From contig CAVWJN010000019.1 in assembly GCA_963755255.1 (NCBI GenBank), forward strand, positions 83,728 to 147,727: a stretch of 64,000 nt of DNA, given 5' to 3'. This document shows, piece by piece, positions 11,386 to 19,720 of the stretch. Positions within the stretch are counted from its first letter, which is position 1. The number at the start of each line of letters is the position of its first letter. Source of the stretch: an uncultured Actinomycetes bacterium (GTDB taxonomy: Bacteria; Actinomycetota; Thermoleophilia; Gaiellales; Gaiellaceae). A model generated the notes under the pieces. That model saw only the letters and a list, made by a program, of their open reading frames with translations, had not been told where the DNA came from and did no database searches. A program made the translations under genes and the position numbers.

Positions 11386-12713
11386 CGCGCGTTGTCATCC
11401 TCGGCGGCGGCTCTGCGGGCGAGGCGTTCATCGGAGCGCTGAGCCGACTCGACGGCGATTTCGAGATGACGCTCGTGGAGCGCGCGCTCGTGGGCGGCGA
11501 ATGCACGTACTGGGCCTGCATGCCTTCGAAGACACTGCTCCGCGCGCCGGAGCTCCTCGCGGCTGCCAGGCAGGCGCCGGGCGCGGCCGAGGCGATGTCC
11601 GCAGCACTCGACGTCGAACGCGTCTTCTGGTGGCGAGACCAGGTCGTCGACGGCTACCAGGACGAGGGGCACGGCGAGTGGCTCGCCGACCGCGGCACCG
11701 AGCTCGTCCGCGGCGATGCAACGGTCAGCGCCCCCGGCGCGCTCGCCGTCGGCGGGCAAGAGGTTCCCTACGACAAGCTCGTCGTCGCCACCGGCTCGCG
11801 TCCCGCGCTGCCGCCCATCGAGGGGATCCACGACGTACCCCACTGGACGACGTCGAACGCCACCGCATCGAGCGTCGTTCCCGGCTCACTCGTTGTCGTG
11901 GGCGGCGGAGCTTCGGGTGTCGAGCTCGCACAGCTCTACCAGCGGCTCGGCTCGAAGGTGACGATCGTCCAGCGCAGCCGGCTGCTGACGAAGATGGATG
12001 AGGAGGCCGCCTCACTGCTGCAGGAACGGCTGGAGGAGGACGGCGTGCGGGTCAAGTGCGGCTCAGGTGTGACGCGAGTCGACGTCTCGGACCCGGGGGT
12101 GACGGTGAGCCTCGACGACGGCGAGACGATCGCTTGCGAGCGCCTGCTCGTTGCTGCCGGGCGCACTCCCACCGTCGATGAGCTCGGCCTCGAGGAGATC
12201 GGCGTCGAGGTCGGCCCGCAAGGCATCGTCGTCGACGAGTACCTCGCGGCTGCCGAAAACGTCTGGGCGATCGGCGACGTGACGGGCATCTCGCTCTTCA
12301 CCCACGTGGCCAAGTACCAGGCGCGCGTCGCAGCGTCCAACGTCGCCGGCATGCGCCGGGCGGCCGACTATCGCGCCGTGCCGGCAGTGGTGTTCACCGA
12401 TCCCCAGGTGGCGCAGGTGGGCTCGGTCGAGGGCGACGGCCTCGTCAACGCCTCGTGGGAGGTGAATCGGACGTCGCGTTCGTCGACGTACGAGCGGCCG
12501 AAGCGGAAGGGCTTCGTGAAGCTCTTCGCCGACCGCGAGCGACGCGTCCTCGTCGGCGCCGTAGCCGTAGGGCCGGAGGCGGGCGAGTGGCTGCAACAGG
12601 CGACGCTCGCCATCCGCGCCCAGGTGCCCATCGACGTGCTCCGCGACACGATTCAGCCCTTCCCCACGTTCTCCGAAGCGCTCTCGTTCGCCGCCCGCGA
12701 CCTTCCTCTTTAG
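11382..12713 (+). CDS. Class I pyridine nucleotide-disulfide oxidoreductase (flavoprotein disulfide reductase, MerA/Lpd-like)
   Basis: GTG 11382 overlaps the egtD stop (GTGA). It has the FAD GxGxxG motif (VVILGGGSAGE), the redox CxxxxC (GGECTYWACMPSK), a second Rossmann fold (VVVGGGASGVE) and a dimerisation domain. The frame is intact. Confidence 0.85.
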   Translation: MTRVVILGGGSAGEAFIGALSRLDGDFEMTLVERALVGGECTYWACMPSKTLLRAPELLAAARQAPGAAEAMSAALDVERVFWWRDQVVDGYQDEGHGEWLADRGTELVRGDATVSAPGALAVGGQEVPYDKLVVATGSRPALPPIEGIHDVPHWTTSNATASSVVPGSLVVVGGGASGVELAQLYQRLGSKVTIVQRSRLLTKMDEEAASLLQERLEEDGVRVKCGSGVTRVDVSDPGVTVSLDDGETIACERLLVAAGRTPTVDELGLEEIGVEVGPQGIVVDEYLAAAENVWAIGDVTGISLFTHVAKYQARVAASNVAGMRRAADYRAVPAVVFTDPQVAQVGSVEGDGLVNASWEVNRTSRSSTYERPKRKGFVKLFADRERRVLVGAVAVGPEAGEWLQQATLAIRAQVPIDVLRDTIQPFPTFSEALSFAARDLPL

Positions 12714-12735
12714 GACACGTCTAGGTGCCAGACCC

Positions 12736-12760
12736 AGGGTCAGACACTGAGACTGACCCT
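12736..12760 (+). terminator. Hairpin AGGGTCAG-N9-CTGACCCT in an AT-richer spacer
   Basis: Perfect 8-bp stem lying 23 nt after the reductase stop and about 80 nt upstream of the Y1-transposase-like gene. It could be a terminator or a transposase-recognised hairpin. Confidence 0.4.
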
Positions 12761-12837
12761 AGCTTGTTGAGATTCTGTATCGACTTCGCGCTGAAGGCTT
12801 GCGTTCTCCACTGACGACCGTAGTCTCGAAGACGACG

Positions 12838-13320
12838 ATGCCACGAATCCTCCGCCGCGAGCTACCTGCCGAGGGCATCTACCACGTAACCGCGCGCAGC
12901 GTGCACGGCCAGCCGTTGTTCGTCCACGACATCGACAGGCTCGAGTTCCTCTCGCTCTTTGAGAGGGCGAGTCGGAGGGTCGAGTGGACGTGTCACGCCT
13001 GGTGTCTCATGGACACGCACTACCACCTCGTGCTCGAAACGTCGACAGCCATGCTTTCGTCGGCGATGCACCGGCTGAACACGGCGTATGCACAGCGGTT
13101 CAACCGGCGCCACAACCGCCGCGGCCACCTGTTCGAGAGCCGTTTCTCGGCCTGGGTTGTCAGAGACGAGGCGCACCTCGAAGCGACCTGCCAGTACGTC
13201 GTCGACAACCCTGTGCGCGCAGGGCTCGACACGGCTGGGCCGTGGCCCTGGGGCGCCCTCGGCGGTCACGCCAGCAGGCGCCGGACTTCGTCGTCTCCCA
13301 CCTCCGAGAAGTCCTCGTAA
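12838..13320 (+). CDS. IS200/IS605-type Y1 (HUH) transposase homologue, RayT/COG1943-like
   Basis: It has the HUH motif THYHLVLE and the Tyr motif CQYVVDNPVRAGL. It is single copy, with no flanking IS ends seen. The 3' end overlaps the convergent PRTase gene by about 55 nt. Confidence 0.7.
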   Translation: MPRILRRELPAEGIYHVTARSVHGQPLFVHDIDRLEFLSLFERASRRVEWTCHAWCLMDTHYHLVLETSTAMLSSAMHRLNTAYAQRFNRRHNRRGHLFESRFSAWVVRDEAHLEATCQYVVDNPVRAGLDTAGPWPWGALGGHASRRRTSSSPTSEKSS

Positions 13321-13898
13321 GAGAGGCCGACCGCATAGAAGGGATATGGCCGACGAAGGCAGACGACCTCGTCCGCGACCTCCTCGAGGGTCGCGCACGT
13401 CTGTGGCGGAGCCGTCGGGACCGCGACGACGACTCGTGCTGGTTCTTGCGAATGTAACGCCTGCACCGCCGCGAGCATCGTCGAGCCGGTGGCCAGCCCG
13501 TCGTCGACGACGATCACGGTCTTGCCTGTGACCTCCGGCGGAGGACGAGCGCCTCGATAGAGCTGCTCGCGCCGGCGAAGCTCCTCGAGCTCACGGGCCA
13601 CGACCGCGTCCAAGCGATCCCGAGGCAGGCCTGTTTGCTCGAGCAGAGGCTCGTTGAGTACGCGCGCGCCGCCGCTGGCGATGGCCCCGATCGCCAGCTC
13701 GTTCTGTCCGGGGAAGCCGAGCTTCCGCACGACGAGGACGTCGAGTGGCGCATCGAGGATGTCGGCCACCTCGCGACCGACGGCCACGCCGCCGCGAGGC
13801 AGCGCCAGCACGAGCACGTCGTCCCGGCCGGCGTATTGCTCGGCCAGCCGCTCGCCGAGCTCGCGGCCGGCTTCGGCGCGGTCGCGAAACCGTCGCAC
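13266..13898 (-). CDS. Phosphoribosyltransferase family protein
   Basis: From GTG 13898 (RRFRDRAEAGRELG..). The PRPP-binding loop VIVVDDGLATGSTM is present. The frame is intact. Confidence 0.8.
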   Translation of the reverse strand: MRRFRDRAEAGRELGERLAEQYAGRDDVLVLALPRGGVAVGREVADILDAPLDVLVVRKLGFPGQNELAIGAIASGGARVLNEPLLEQTGLPRDRLDAVVARELEELRRREQLYRGARPPPEVTGKTVIVVDDGLATGSTMLAAVQALHSQEPARVVVAVPTAPPQTCATLEEVADEVVCLRRPYPFYAVGLSYEDFSEVGDDEVRRLLA

Positions 13899-13900
13899 GG

Positions 13901-14857
13901 TTATCCCGCGAGCGCGGGCAGAACGGCTTCGCCGATGAGCTCGACCATCTCCGTGTCCTTGTGCGCGAGATGCTGGAGGTACACCCGTTCGACTCCGGCC
14001 TCGGCGAGGGTCGCGAGCCGCTCGACGACCTCGTCCGGCGTGCCGGCTATCCACCGCTCCCGCCGTTCGGCGAGCACGGCCGCTGGATCCTCGTCGCCGG
14101 AGCCGAAGACCTTGAGCACACCACGAACGCGGTCGAGCAGCTGCGCCTGGTCCTCCCCCACGACGCACGTCGCCATCAGTGTGAGCGGCAGCGTTGCGGG
14201 ATCGCGCCCCGCAGACTCGCACGCTTCCACGAGGATCGACTTCCGCTCGCGGCAGTCGTCGATCGATGCGAGCAGCGTGTTGTACTCGTCGGCGAGCCGT
14301 ACTGCGAGCGCGACCGCCCTCGGCTTGGCATTGCCGCCGAGGATGAGCGGTGGCCGCGGCTGCTGCAGCGGCTTCGGCAGCGCCGGACAGTCGTCCAGTC
14401 GATAGTGCCGGCCTGGGAAGGTCACCGAGTCCTCAGTCCACAAGCGGTGGACGATCTCCAGCTGTTCCTCGAGCAACTCCATGCGGATGCCGAGCGACGG
14501 AAAGTCGAAACCGTACGCCGCGTGCTCTCCCTCGTTCCACCCGGCGCCGAGCCCGAGCTCGACCCGTCCGCCCGACACGTGGTCGATCGTCGCCACCGAC
14601 TTCGCGAGCACCGACGGGTGCCGGAACGTGACCGGCGAGACGAGCGTGCCCAGCCGGATCCGCTCCGTGCGGGCCGCCAGCGCCGCCAGGGTCGCGATCG
14701 CATCGTGCGACGCGCGCTCGCGCCTGCCGATCACCGAGAGGTAGTGGTCGGAGCGGAACAACCCGTCGAGACCCGCGCGCTCGCATGCGTCCGCCAGCGC
14801 CAGCCACTCGTCCCAGGAGACGTCCTCCTGGCCCTCGACCATCAGGCAGAGCCGCAT
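13901..14857 (-). CDS. Luciferase-like (LLM class) F420-dependent oxidoreductase
   Basis: From ATG 14857 (MRLCLMVEGQEDVSWDEW..). It has full-length LLM/TIM-barrel character (GRVELGLGAGWNEGEH) and resembles the Rv1855c-type subfamily. The frame is intact. Confidence 0.8.
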   Translation of the reverse strand: MRLCLMVEGQEDVSWDEWLALADACERAGLDGLFRSDHYLSVIGRRERASHDAIATLAALAARTERIRLGTLVSPVTFRHPSVLAKSVATIDHVSGGRVELGLGAGWNEGEHAAYGFDFPSLGIRMELLEEQLEIVHRLWTEDSVTFPGRHYRLDDCPALPKPLQQPRPPLILGGNAKPRAVALAVRLADEYNTLLASIDDCRERKSILVEACESAGRDPATLPLTLMATCVVGEDQAQLLDRVRGVLKVFGSGDEDPAAVLAERRERWIAGTPDEVVERLATLAEAGVERVYLQHLAHKDTEMVELIGEAVLPALAG

Positions 14858-14906
14858 GCTCCGTCCATCATGACCGAGAGCGGCACGACGGGCTACGATC
14901 GCGCTC

Positions 14907-15542
14907 GTGCGCGTCGCGATCCTCGCCCTGGTCGTGCTCGCCCTCGCCGGGTGCGGCGGCGACAACGGCGGTGACGAGTCGACGGCCGAAGGTTGCGCGG
15001 ACGTCGAAGCGCCGGCGGCGAAGGCCGACGGCGGCGCGACGAAGCCGTCGGAGCCTCTCGACGAGGCGACGACGTACGTGCTCGTGCTCGAGACGAGCTG
15101 CGGCGACTTCGAGATCACCCTCGACCAGGAGCTGGCGCCGGACACTGCGGCTTCGCTCGTCGCGCTCGCGCGCGCCGGCTTCTACGACAACACGATCTTC
15201 CACCGCGTCGTGCCCGACTTCGTCATCCAGGGCGGCGACCCGACCGGGGAGGGCAGCGGCGGTCCGGGCTACACGACCGTCGACGTGCCGCCTTCCGGCG
15301 CCGCGTACACGCAAGGGAGTGGTCGCGATGGCGAAGACGCAGACCGAAGCGCCGGGAACGAGCGGCAGCCAGTTCTTCGTCGTCACCGCCGAGGACGCCG
15401 GCCTGCCCGCCGAGTACGCAATCGTCGGCGAGGTGACGCAGGGCTACGACACGGTGGAGCGGATCGAGGCGCTGGGCGACGTCACACCGAGCAGCCGTCG
15501 CAGCCGGTCGTGATCGAGCGCGTCACCGTGCGCGAGAGCTGA
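14907..15542 (+). CDS. Cyclophilin-type peptidyl-prolyl isomerase, lipoprotein (frameshifted as given at ~15310 and ~15485)
   Basis: It has a lipobox (LALAGCGG) and then the cyclophilin core (FYDNTIFHRVVPDFVIQGGDPTGEG). The middle part lies in ORF 14785..15513 (GVVAMAKT..GTSGSQFFVV). Confidence 0.8.
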   Translation: MRVAILALVVLALAGCGGDNGGDESTAEGCADVEAPAAKADGGATKPSEPLDEATTYVLVLETSCGDFEITLDQELAPDTAASLVALARAGFYDNTIFHRVVPDFVIQGGDPTGEGSGGPGYTTVDVPPSGAAYTQGSGRDGEDADRSAGNERQPVLRRHRRGRRPARRVRNRRRGDAGLRHGGADRGAGRRHTEQPSQPVVIERVTVRES

Positions 15543-15550
15543 GCGTAGTC

Positions 15551-16150
15551 GTGGACGCACGCGACTGGGATCTCCGCTGGACGGACAAGCTCCTGCATGC
15601 GCACGGCGAGCCGAGCGCCGTCGTGCTGGCCGAGCTCGAAGGTCTCGCGCCCGGAAGGGCGCTCGACCTCGGCTGCGGCAACGGACGTCATGCGCTGTGG
15701 CTTGCCGAGCGAGGATGGCGCGTGACTGCCGTCGACTTCTCGACCGAGGCTCTGCGTCAGGCTCGTGAGCGTTCTACCGCGAGCGGCATCCACGTCGACT
15801 GGGTGGAGGCCGATCTCACCGACTACGAGCCGGACAGCCAGGCCTTTGATCTCGTGCTCGTTGCCTACCTCCACATCCCCCGCAGTGACCGCGGGCCGAT
15901 TCTCGCCAAAGCCTCCGCCGCAGTCGCCGCGGGCGGGACACTGCTGCTGGTCGGCCACGACCTGACGAACATCGGCACGGGTGCGCCTGGGCCGACGAGC
16001 CCAGCTCTTCTCTACACGCCTGCAGACATCGTTCCCGAGCTTCCGGAGCTCGAGATAGAACGGGCGGAGCGGGTCCGCAGGCCCGTGGAGCTAGACGACG
16101 GCAGCGAGGTGGAGGCGATCGACGCCCTCGTGCTCGCTACGCGTCGCTGA
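15551..16150 (+). CDS. Class I SAM-dependent methyltransferase
   Basis: Intact 199-aa ORF with motif I ALDLGCGNGRHALWLAERG and a post-I acidic residue (VTAVDFS). Confidence 0.8.
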   Translation: MDARDWDLRWTDKLLHAHGEPSAVVLAELEGLAPGRALDLGCGNGRHALWLAERGWRVTAVDFSTEALRQARERSTASGIHVDWVEADLTDYEPDSQAFDLVLVAYLHIPRSDRGPILAKASAAVAAGGTLLLVGHDLTNIGTGAPGPTSPALLYTPADIVPELPELEIERAERVRRPVELDDGSEVEAIDALVLATRR

Positions 16151-16553
16151 GCGGCGGGTAGTCGCCCGTCTCCTCGCCTTTCACGATCAGCCCGTAAAGG
16201 ATCACCATGTACACGGCGATCATCACGATCGCCCATGTTCCGTTCGTGTTGGCGAACATCAGCTGGACGACGATGCCGAGGCTCGCGAGCGCGATCCCGA
16301 GCACGCGGCCGATCTCCTGCCGCGAGAGAATCGCGTAGCCGGCGAAGATACCGAGCCCGCCGACGATCAGCAGCACGACGCCCCAGAACTCGAGGTTGGC
16401 GAAGAGCACCTGCGCGAAGAGATACCTCGACTTCGACAGCGCGGAGATGCCCTCGATCACCTGGAATGTGCCGGCGACGAGAAAGAAGACTCCGGCGAAC
16501 GAAGCCCAGCCGGTACCTGTTGCCGCCCTTGCGGTGGCAGACGCTTGATCCAT
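16137..16553 (-). CDS. Small integral membrane protein (4 predicted TM), function unknown
   Basis: Intact 138-aa ORF with strongly hydrophobic segments (WASFAGVFFLVAGTFQVIEG..). I recognise no catalytic motif. Confidence 0.6.
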   Translation of the reverse strand: MDQASATARAATGTGWASFAGVFFLVAGTFQVIEGISALSKSRYLFAQVLFANLEFWGVVLLIVGGLGIFAGYAILSRQEIGRVLGIALASLGIVVQLMFANTNGTWAIVMIAVYMVILYGLIVKGEETGDYPPLSDA

Positions 16554-16593
16554 GCCCCCTCCTACGGTCGGGAGCCCCTAGCCTCCCATATAG

Positions 16594-16665
16594 CGGCCCC
16601 GAGAGGAGTCGAACCTCTGCACGCGGATTCGAAGTCCGCCGCTCTATCCACTGAGCTACGGGGCC
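16594..16665 (-). tRNA. tRNA-Arg (anticodon UCG)
   Basis: The reverse complement is GGCCCCGTAGCTCAGTGGATAGAGCGGCGGACTTCGAATCCGCGTGCAGAGGTTCGACTCCTCTCGGGGCCG. It folds as a cloverleaf with anticodon loop CTTCGAA. Confidence 0.88.
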
Positions 16666-16695
16666 TCAGCAGCAAGTGTACGCGGCTCCCTAACG

Positions 16696-16725
16696 CTGAG
16701 AGCCCCGGCGGACCGGGGCTCTCAG
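16696..16725 (-). terminator. GC-rich hairpin terminator (13-bp perfect stem)
   Basis: CTGAGAGCCCCGG-CGGA-CCGGGGCTCTCAG, lying 37 nt downstream of the repeat-protein stop (16762). There is no U tract. Confidence 0.6.
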
Positions 16726-16761
16726 CTCGCGTGGAGGGAGTGTTATCCGCGCGAGACTGCG

Positions 16762-17459
16762 TCAGGACTTGGGGCCGGCGGCGAGGATCGCCGTCGCCGC
16801 GCTGCCGGTCGAGAACACCGCGGCCCTGCCGCCCACGGCGAGCTTCCCGCGAAGCTTCGTGTCGACCGAGATGCTCTTCGTGACGCTCGGGCCGTCTGCC
16901 CGCTTGACCGTGACGGATTTGTCCGAAGCGGCGGTGACCTGACCGCGGTCGAAGCTGAAGGCGGCGGACGACCCGTCCGCCTTGATCAGCTTCACGTCCG
17001 CGTGCACGGCGCCGATCAGGCCCTTCTTCGCCTTGAGCCGCGCGAGGCGCTGCCCGAGGGCCTCGTTGCCGTTGCCGAGTCGGAGCGGAGTCGCCTTGGC
17101 AGCACGCGGGGCGAGGACGGCGAATGCCGTGCCGCCGCGCGAGAAGACGACGGCGCCCTTGTCGACCTGGATGTCGCCGCGCACCTTCGTGTCCGCGTTC
17201 AGCACCGAGCGTGACACTCGCGCCGTCCTTCCGCTTCAGCGTGACCGAGCTTCGGGACTCGGCCGTGACCTGGCCGCGGTCGACGACGAACGCGTTGGTC
17301 GTGCCGTCGGCCTTGACGAGGCTGATCTCGGCGTGAGTCCCTCGTACGAGACCCTTGCCCTTCTTGCCGGGACCGGCCACGGCGACCGCCGAGCCGATGA
17401 GCAGCGCGGCGGAGATGCCGATCGCTGCGACCCCGAATGTCCTGTTCTTGTGTGCTCAC
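16762..17459 (-). CDS. Secreted protein with two ~75-aa internal repeats, function unknown (frameshifted as given)
   Basis: GTG 17459, then the signal-like segment FGVAAIGISAALLIGSAVAVAG. Repeat 1 (GLVRGTHAEISLVKADGTTNAFVVDRGQVTAESRSSVTLKRKDGASVT) is in ORF 16562..17380. Repeat 2 (GLIGAVHADVKLIKADGSSAAFSFDRGQVTAASDKSVTVKRADGPSVT) is in ORF 16762..17217. Confidence 0.6.
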
Positions 17460-17580
17460 GTTGTGTGTACTCCTCGGTTGTGGTGTGATGGACGGTAGAG
17501 CCTCTTGCCGTCAAGTAAAGCGGCTGGCTCTCGAGATGTAAGGTCGAGGCAAGCCCACGGTAAGACGTGGTCACACTCCC

Positions 17581-17618
17581 GCCGAAAGTCCAACGCGCAA
17601 GCGAACTGGACTTTCGGC
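17581..17618 (-). terminator. Hairpin immediately downstream of tRNA-His (12-bp perfect stem)
   Basis: GCCGAAAGTCCA-N14-TGGACTTTCGGC, starting 6 nt after the tRNA 3' end. Confidence 0.5.
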
Positions 17619-17623
17619 GACAA

Positions 17624-17697
17624 GGTGACCGGTGGGATTCGAACCCACGACCACCGGGACCACAACCCGGGGCTCTACCTGCTGAGCTACGGCCACC
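17624..17697 (-). tRNA. tRNA-His (anticodon GUG) with encoded G-1
   Basis: The reverse complement is G-GTGGCCGTAGCTCAGCAGGTAGAGCCCCGGGTTGTGGTCCCGGTGGTCGTGGGTTCGAATCCCACCGGTCACC. The anticodon loop is TTGTGGT. The extra 5' G opposite C73 is the tRNA-His hallmark. Confidence 0.9.
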
Positions 17698-17749
17698 GCG
17701 CTACGACCAAGCATAGCCGCGGCCCGCGCGCAGCCTAGGCTTCCGCGCA

Positions 17750-19022
17750 GTGGCGAGACGCTCGTACCTGCTGCGGGACCCTGCACCACTCTCGTGGGCG
17801 TTCTGGGACTTCGCCTACTCCGTCTTCTCGTTCCTGCTCGTCGTCCGCTACTTCGGCACGTGGGTCATCGACGACCTGGACCGGCCCGACTGGTACGTGG
17901 CGCTGACGCAGTTCGTCGTCGTCCTGTTCCTGCTCGTGGCGATGCCGCTGGCCGGGGCGCTCGCCGACCAGCTCGGGCGGCGCAAGCCGTTCCTCATCGC
18001 GTTCACGCTCGTCGCGGCCGCCTCCTGCGCGCTCCTCGAGGTGATCCCGGCCGACGGAAACGTCCTGCCGCTGCTGTTCGCCGCCGGAGTCGCCGTCGCG
18101 TTCGGGCAGCTGGCACTCGCCCAGTACGACCCGTTGCTCGCCGACGTGGCCCCGCGAGGTCGCCGCGGACGCGTGTCGGGCATCGCCGTCGCACTTGGCT
18201 TCGTCGGGATCTTCTTCGCGCTGGCCGTCGTCGCCGAGGGCATCGTCGGCGACGGGTCCAAGCAGCGAGCGTTCGCTCCGGCAGCGGCGTTCTTCGTCCT
18301 CTTCTCGCTGCCGGCGTTCCTCTGGATCCGCGAGCGCCGTCATGAGCCGTCGACGGCCACGCGCCTACGAGGGACGGCTCATCGGGCACGCCTTCCGCCA
18401 GGTCATGCGCACTGCCCAGCAGGTGCGTGCCAACCGCGACGCGTTCCAGTTCCTCATCGGCCGCTTCTTCTACTCGGACGCCATCGCGACGCTGTCGGCG
18501 TTCCTCGCCGTCTACATGACGCGGCTGGGCGGCTTCTCGGAGTCCGAGAAGAACGCCGTGATCGCGGTCTCGGTCGTCGGGGCGGCGATCGCGGCGCTCA
18601 CGACCGGGCGTGTGCTCGGGTCCGTCGGACCGCGTGCCGTGCTGCTGGCGGTCCTGCCCGTGTTCTCGCTGCTGACGGTGCTTTCGGCGGCCGTCGGCGA
18701 GCCGTGGACGGTCTGGCTCGCGGCGCCGGCGATGGGCGCGGCGCTCGGCTGCGTGTGGACTGCGGACCGCGTCTTCATGATCCGGCTGACGCCGCTCGAG
18801 CTGCGCGGTCAGATGTTCGGCTTCTTCAACCTCGCGAGCCGTGTCGCATCTGCGTTCGGCCCGCTCGTGATCTGGAGCGCGACCATCTGGCTGCTGCACA
18901 GCCACACGGACTGGCTCAGCCTACTGGGAGCAACCCGCGTGGCTCTCGTGGGGCTGGCGCTCACGGCGTTCGTCGGCTGGCTCGTGATCCGGCCGCTCTC
19001 CGACGCCTACCGCAATCCGTGA
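17750..19022 (+). CDS. MFS transporter (UMF1/Atg22-like) (frameshifted as given, near 18345)
   Basis: The N-terminal half is in ORF 17750..19087 (WAFWDFAYSVFSF.., LADQLGRRKP). The C-terminal half is in ORF 18195..19022 (FLIGRFFYSDAIATL..). Confidence 0.75.
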
Positions 19023-19026
19023 GAGG

Positions 19027-19098
19027 TGCGCCTGGGAGGATTCGAACCCCCGACCGGCGGCTTAGAAGGCCGCTGCTCTTCCACTGAGCTACAGGCGC
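19027..19098 (-). tRNA. tRNA-Arg (anticodon UCU)
   Basis: The reverse complement is GCGCCTGTAGCTCAGTGGAAGAGCAGCGGCCTTCTAAGCCGCCGGTCGGGGGTTCGAATCCTCCCAGGCGCA. The anticodon loop is CTTCTAA. Confidence 0.88.
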
Positions 19099-19136
19099 CC
19101 GCAGGGAAGGGTAGCGCCGGCCCCGGCGCGGATTGG

Positions 19137-19720
19137 CTAGCGCGCGCCGAAGTCGACCGTGAGCACGACGACGGGCTGGTTCCCGTAGACGCCCGGGGCG
19201 CCCAGCGCACGCACGGCCGAGATGCCGACTTCGCGGAAAGCTGGCCTGAGCAGGTTGTCGCGGTGACCTGGGCTGGCGAGCCAGGAGACCACGGCGGCGC
19301 GGGCCGTCAGACGCCGGGCTTGCCAGATGAGGTTCTCGCCCACCGTCCACGGCCGGCGTGCTGTGCGCGGCCGGTAGTACGATTCTTGATCCGCTGCGCG
19401 AAGTGGCCACCGTTGGCGGACTCGTGCCCGAAGTAGCCGCTGTGCACCATCTCCAGCGAGTGATGGTCGGCGGCCGCGGTCAACCGCGTGTTGAGGCGGA
19501 GCTGCGTCCGTCCGTGCTCGAGGCGAACGAGATTGAGCTCGTCCAGGACGGCGGACTCCAGCTGATCCTCGGGCGATACGCGCGGACCGTCGGCGCCGAA
19601 TGACACGGCGGGCAAGAGAGCAGCGACGACGACGGCGATGGGGAGCAGCGCACGCAAACCGGGGGGCACGACACTAGCGGGTATCCGTTTGTCACGCATC
19701 TGAAACCGTTGCTGGTTCAT
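19137..19720 (-). CDS. Secreted CAP/SCP/PR1-like (YkwD-type) protein (frameshifted as given, near 19375)
   Basis: Signal peptide, then HHSLEMVHSGYFGHES in ORF 19307..19720. GENLIW..WLASPGHRDNLL is in ORF 19137..19343. Confidence 0.75.

Noticed and set aside
13266-13320. A 55-nt convergent overlap between the Y1 transposase-like gene and the phosphoribosyltransferase gene, as a possible antisense regulatory arrangement.
   Set aside because: The transposase C-terminal tail (..GGHASRRRTSSSPTSEKSS) is low complexity and probably runs past its real stop because of an indel. That is not enough to call it a feature.
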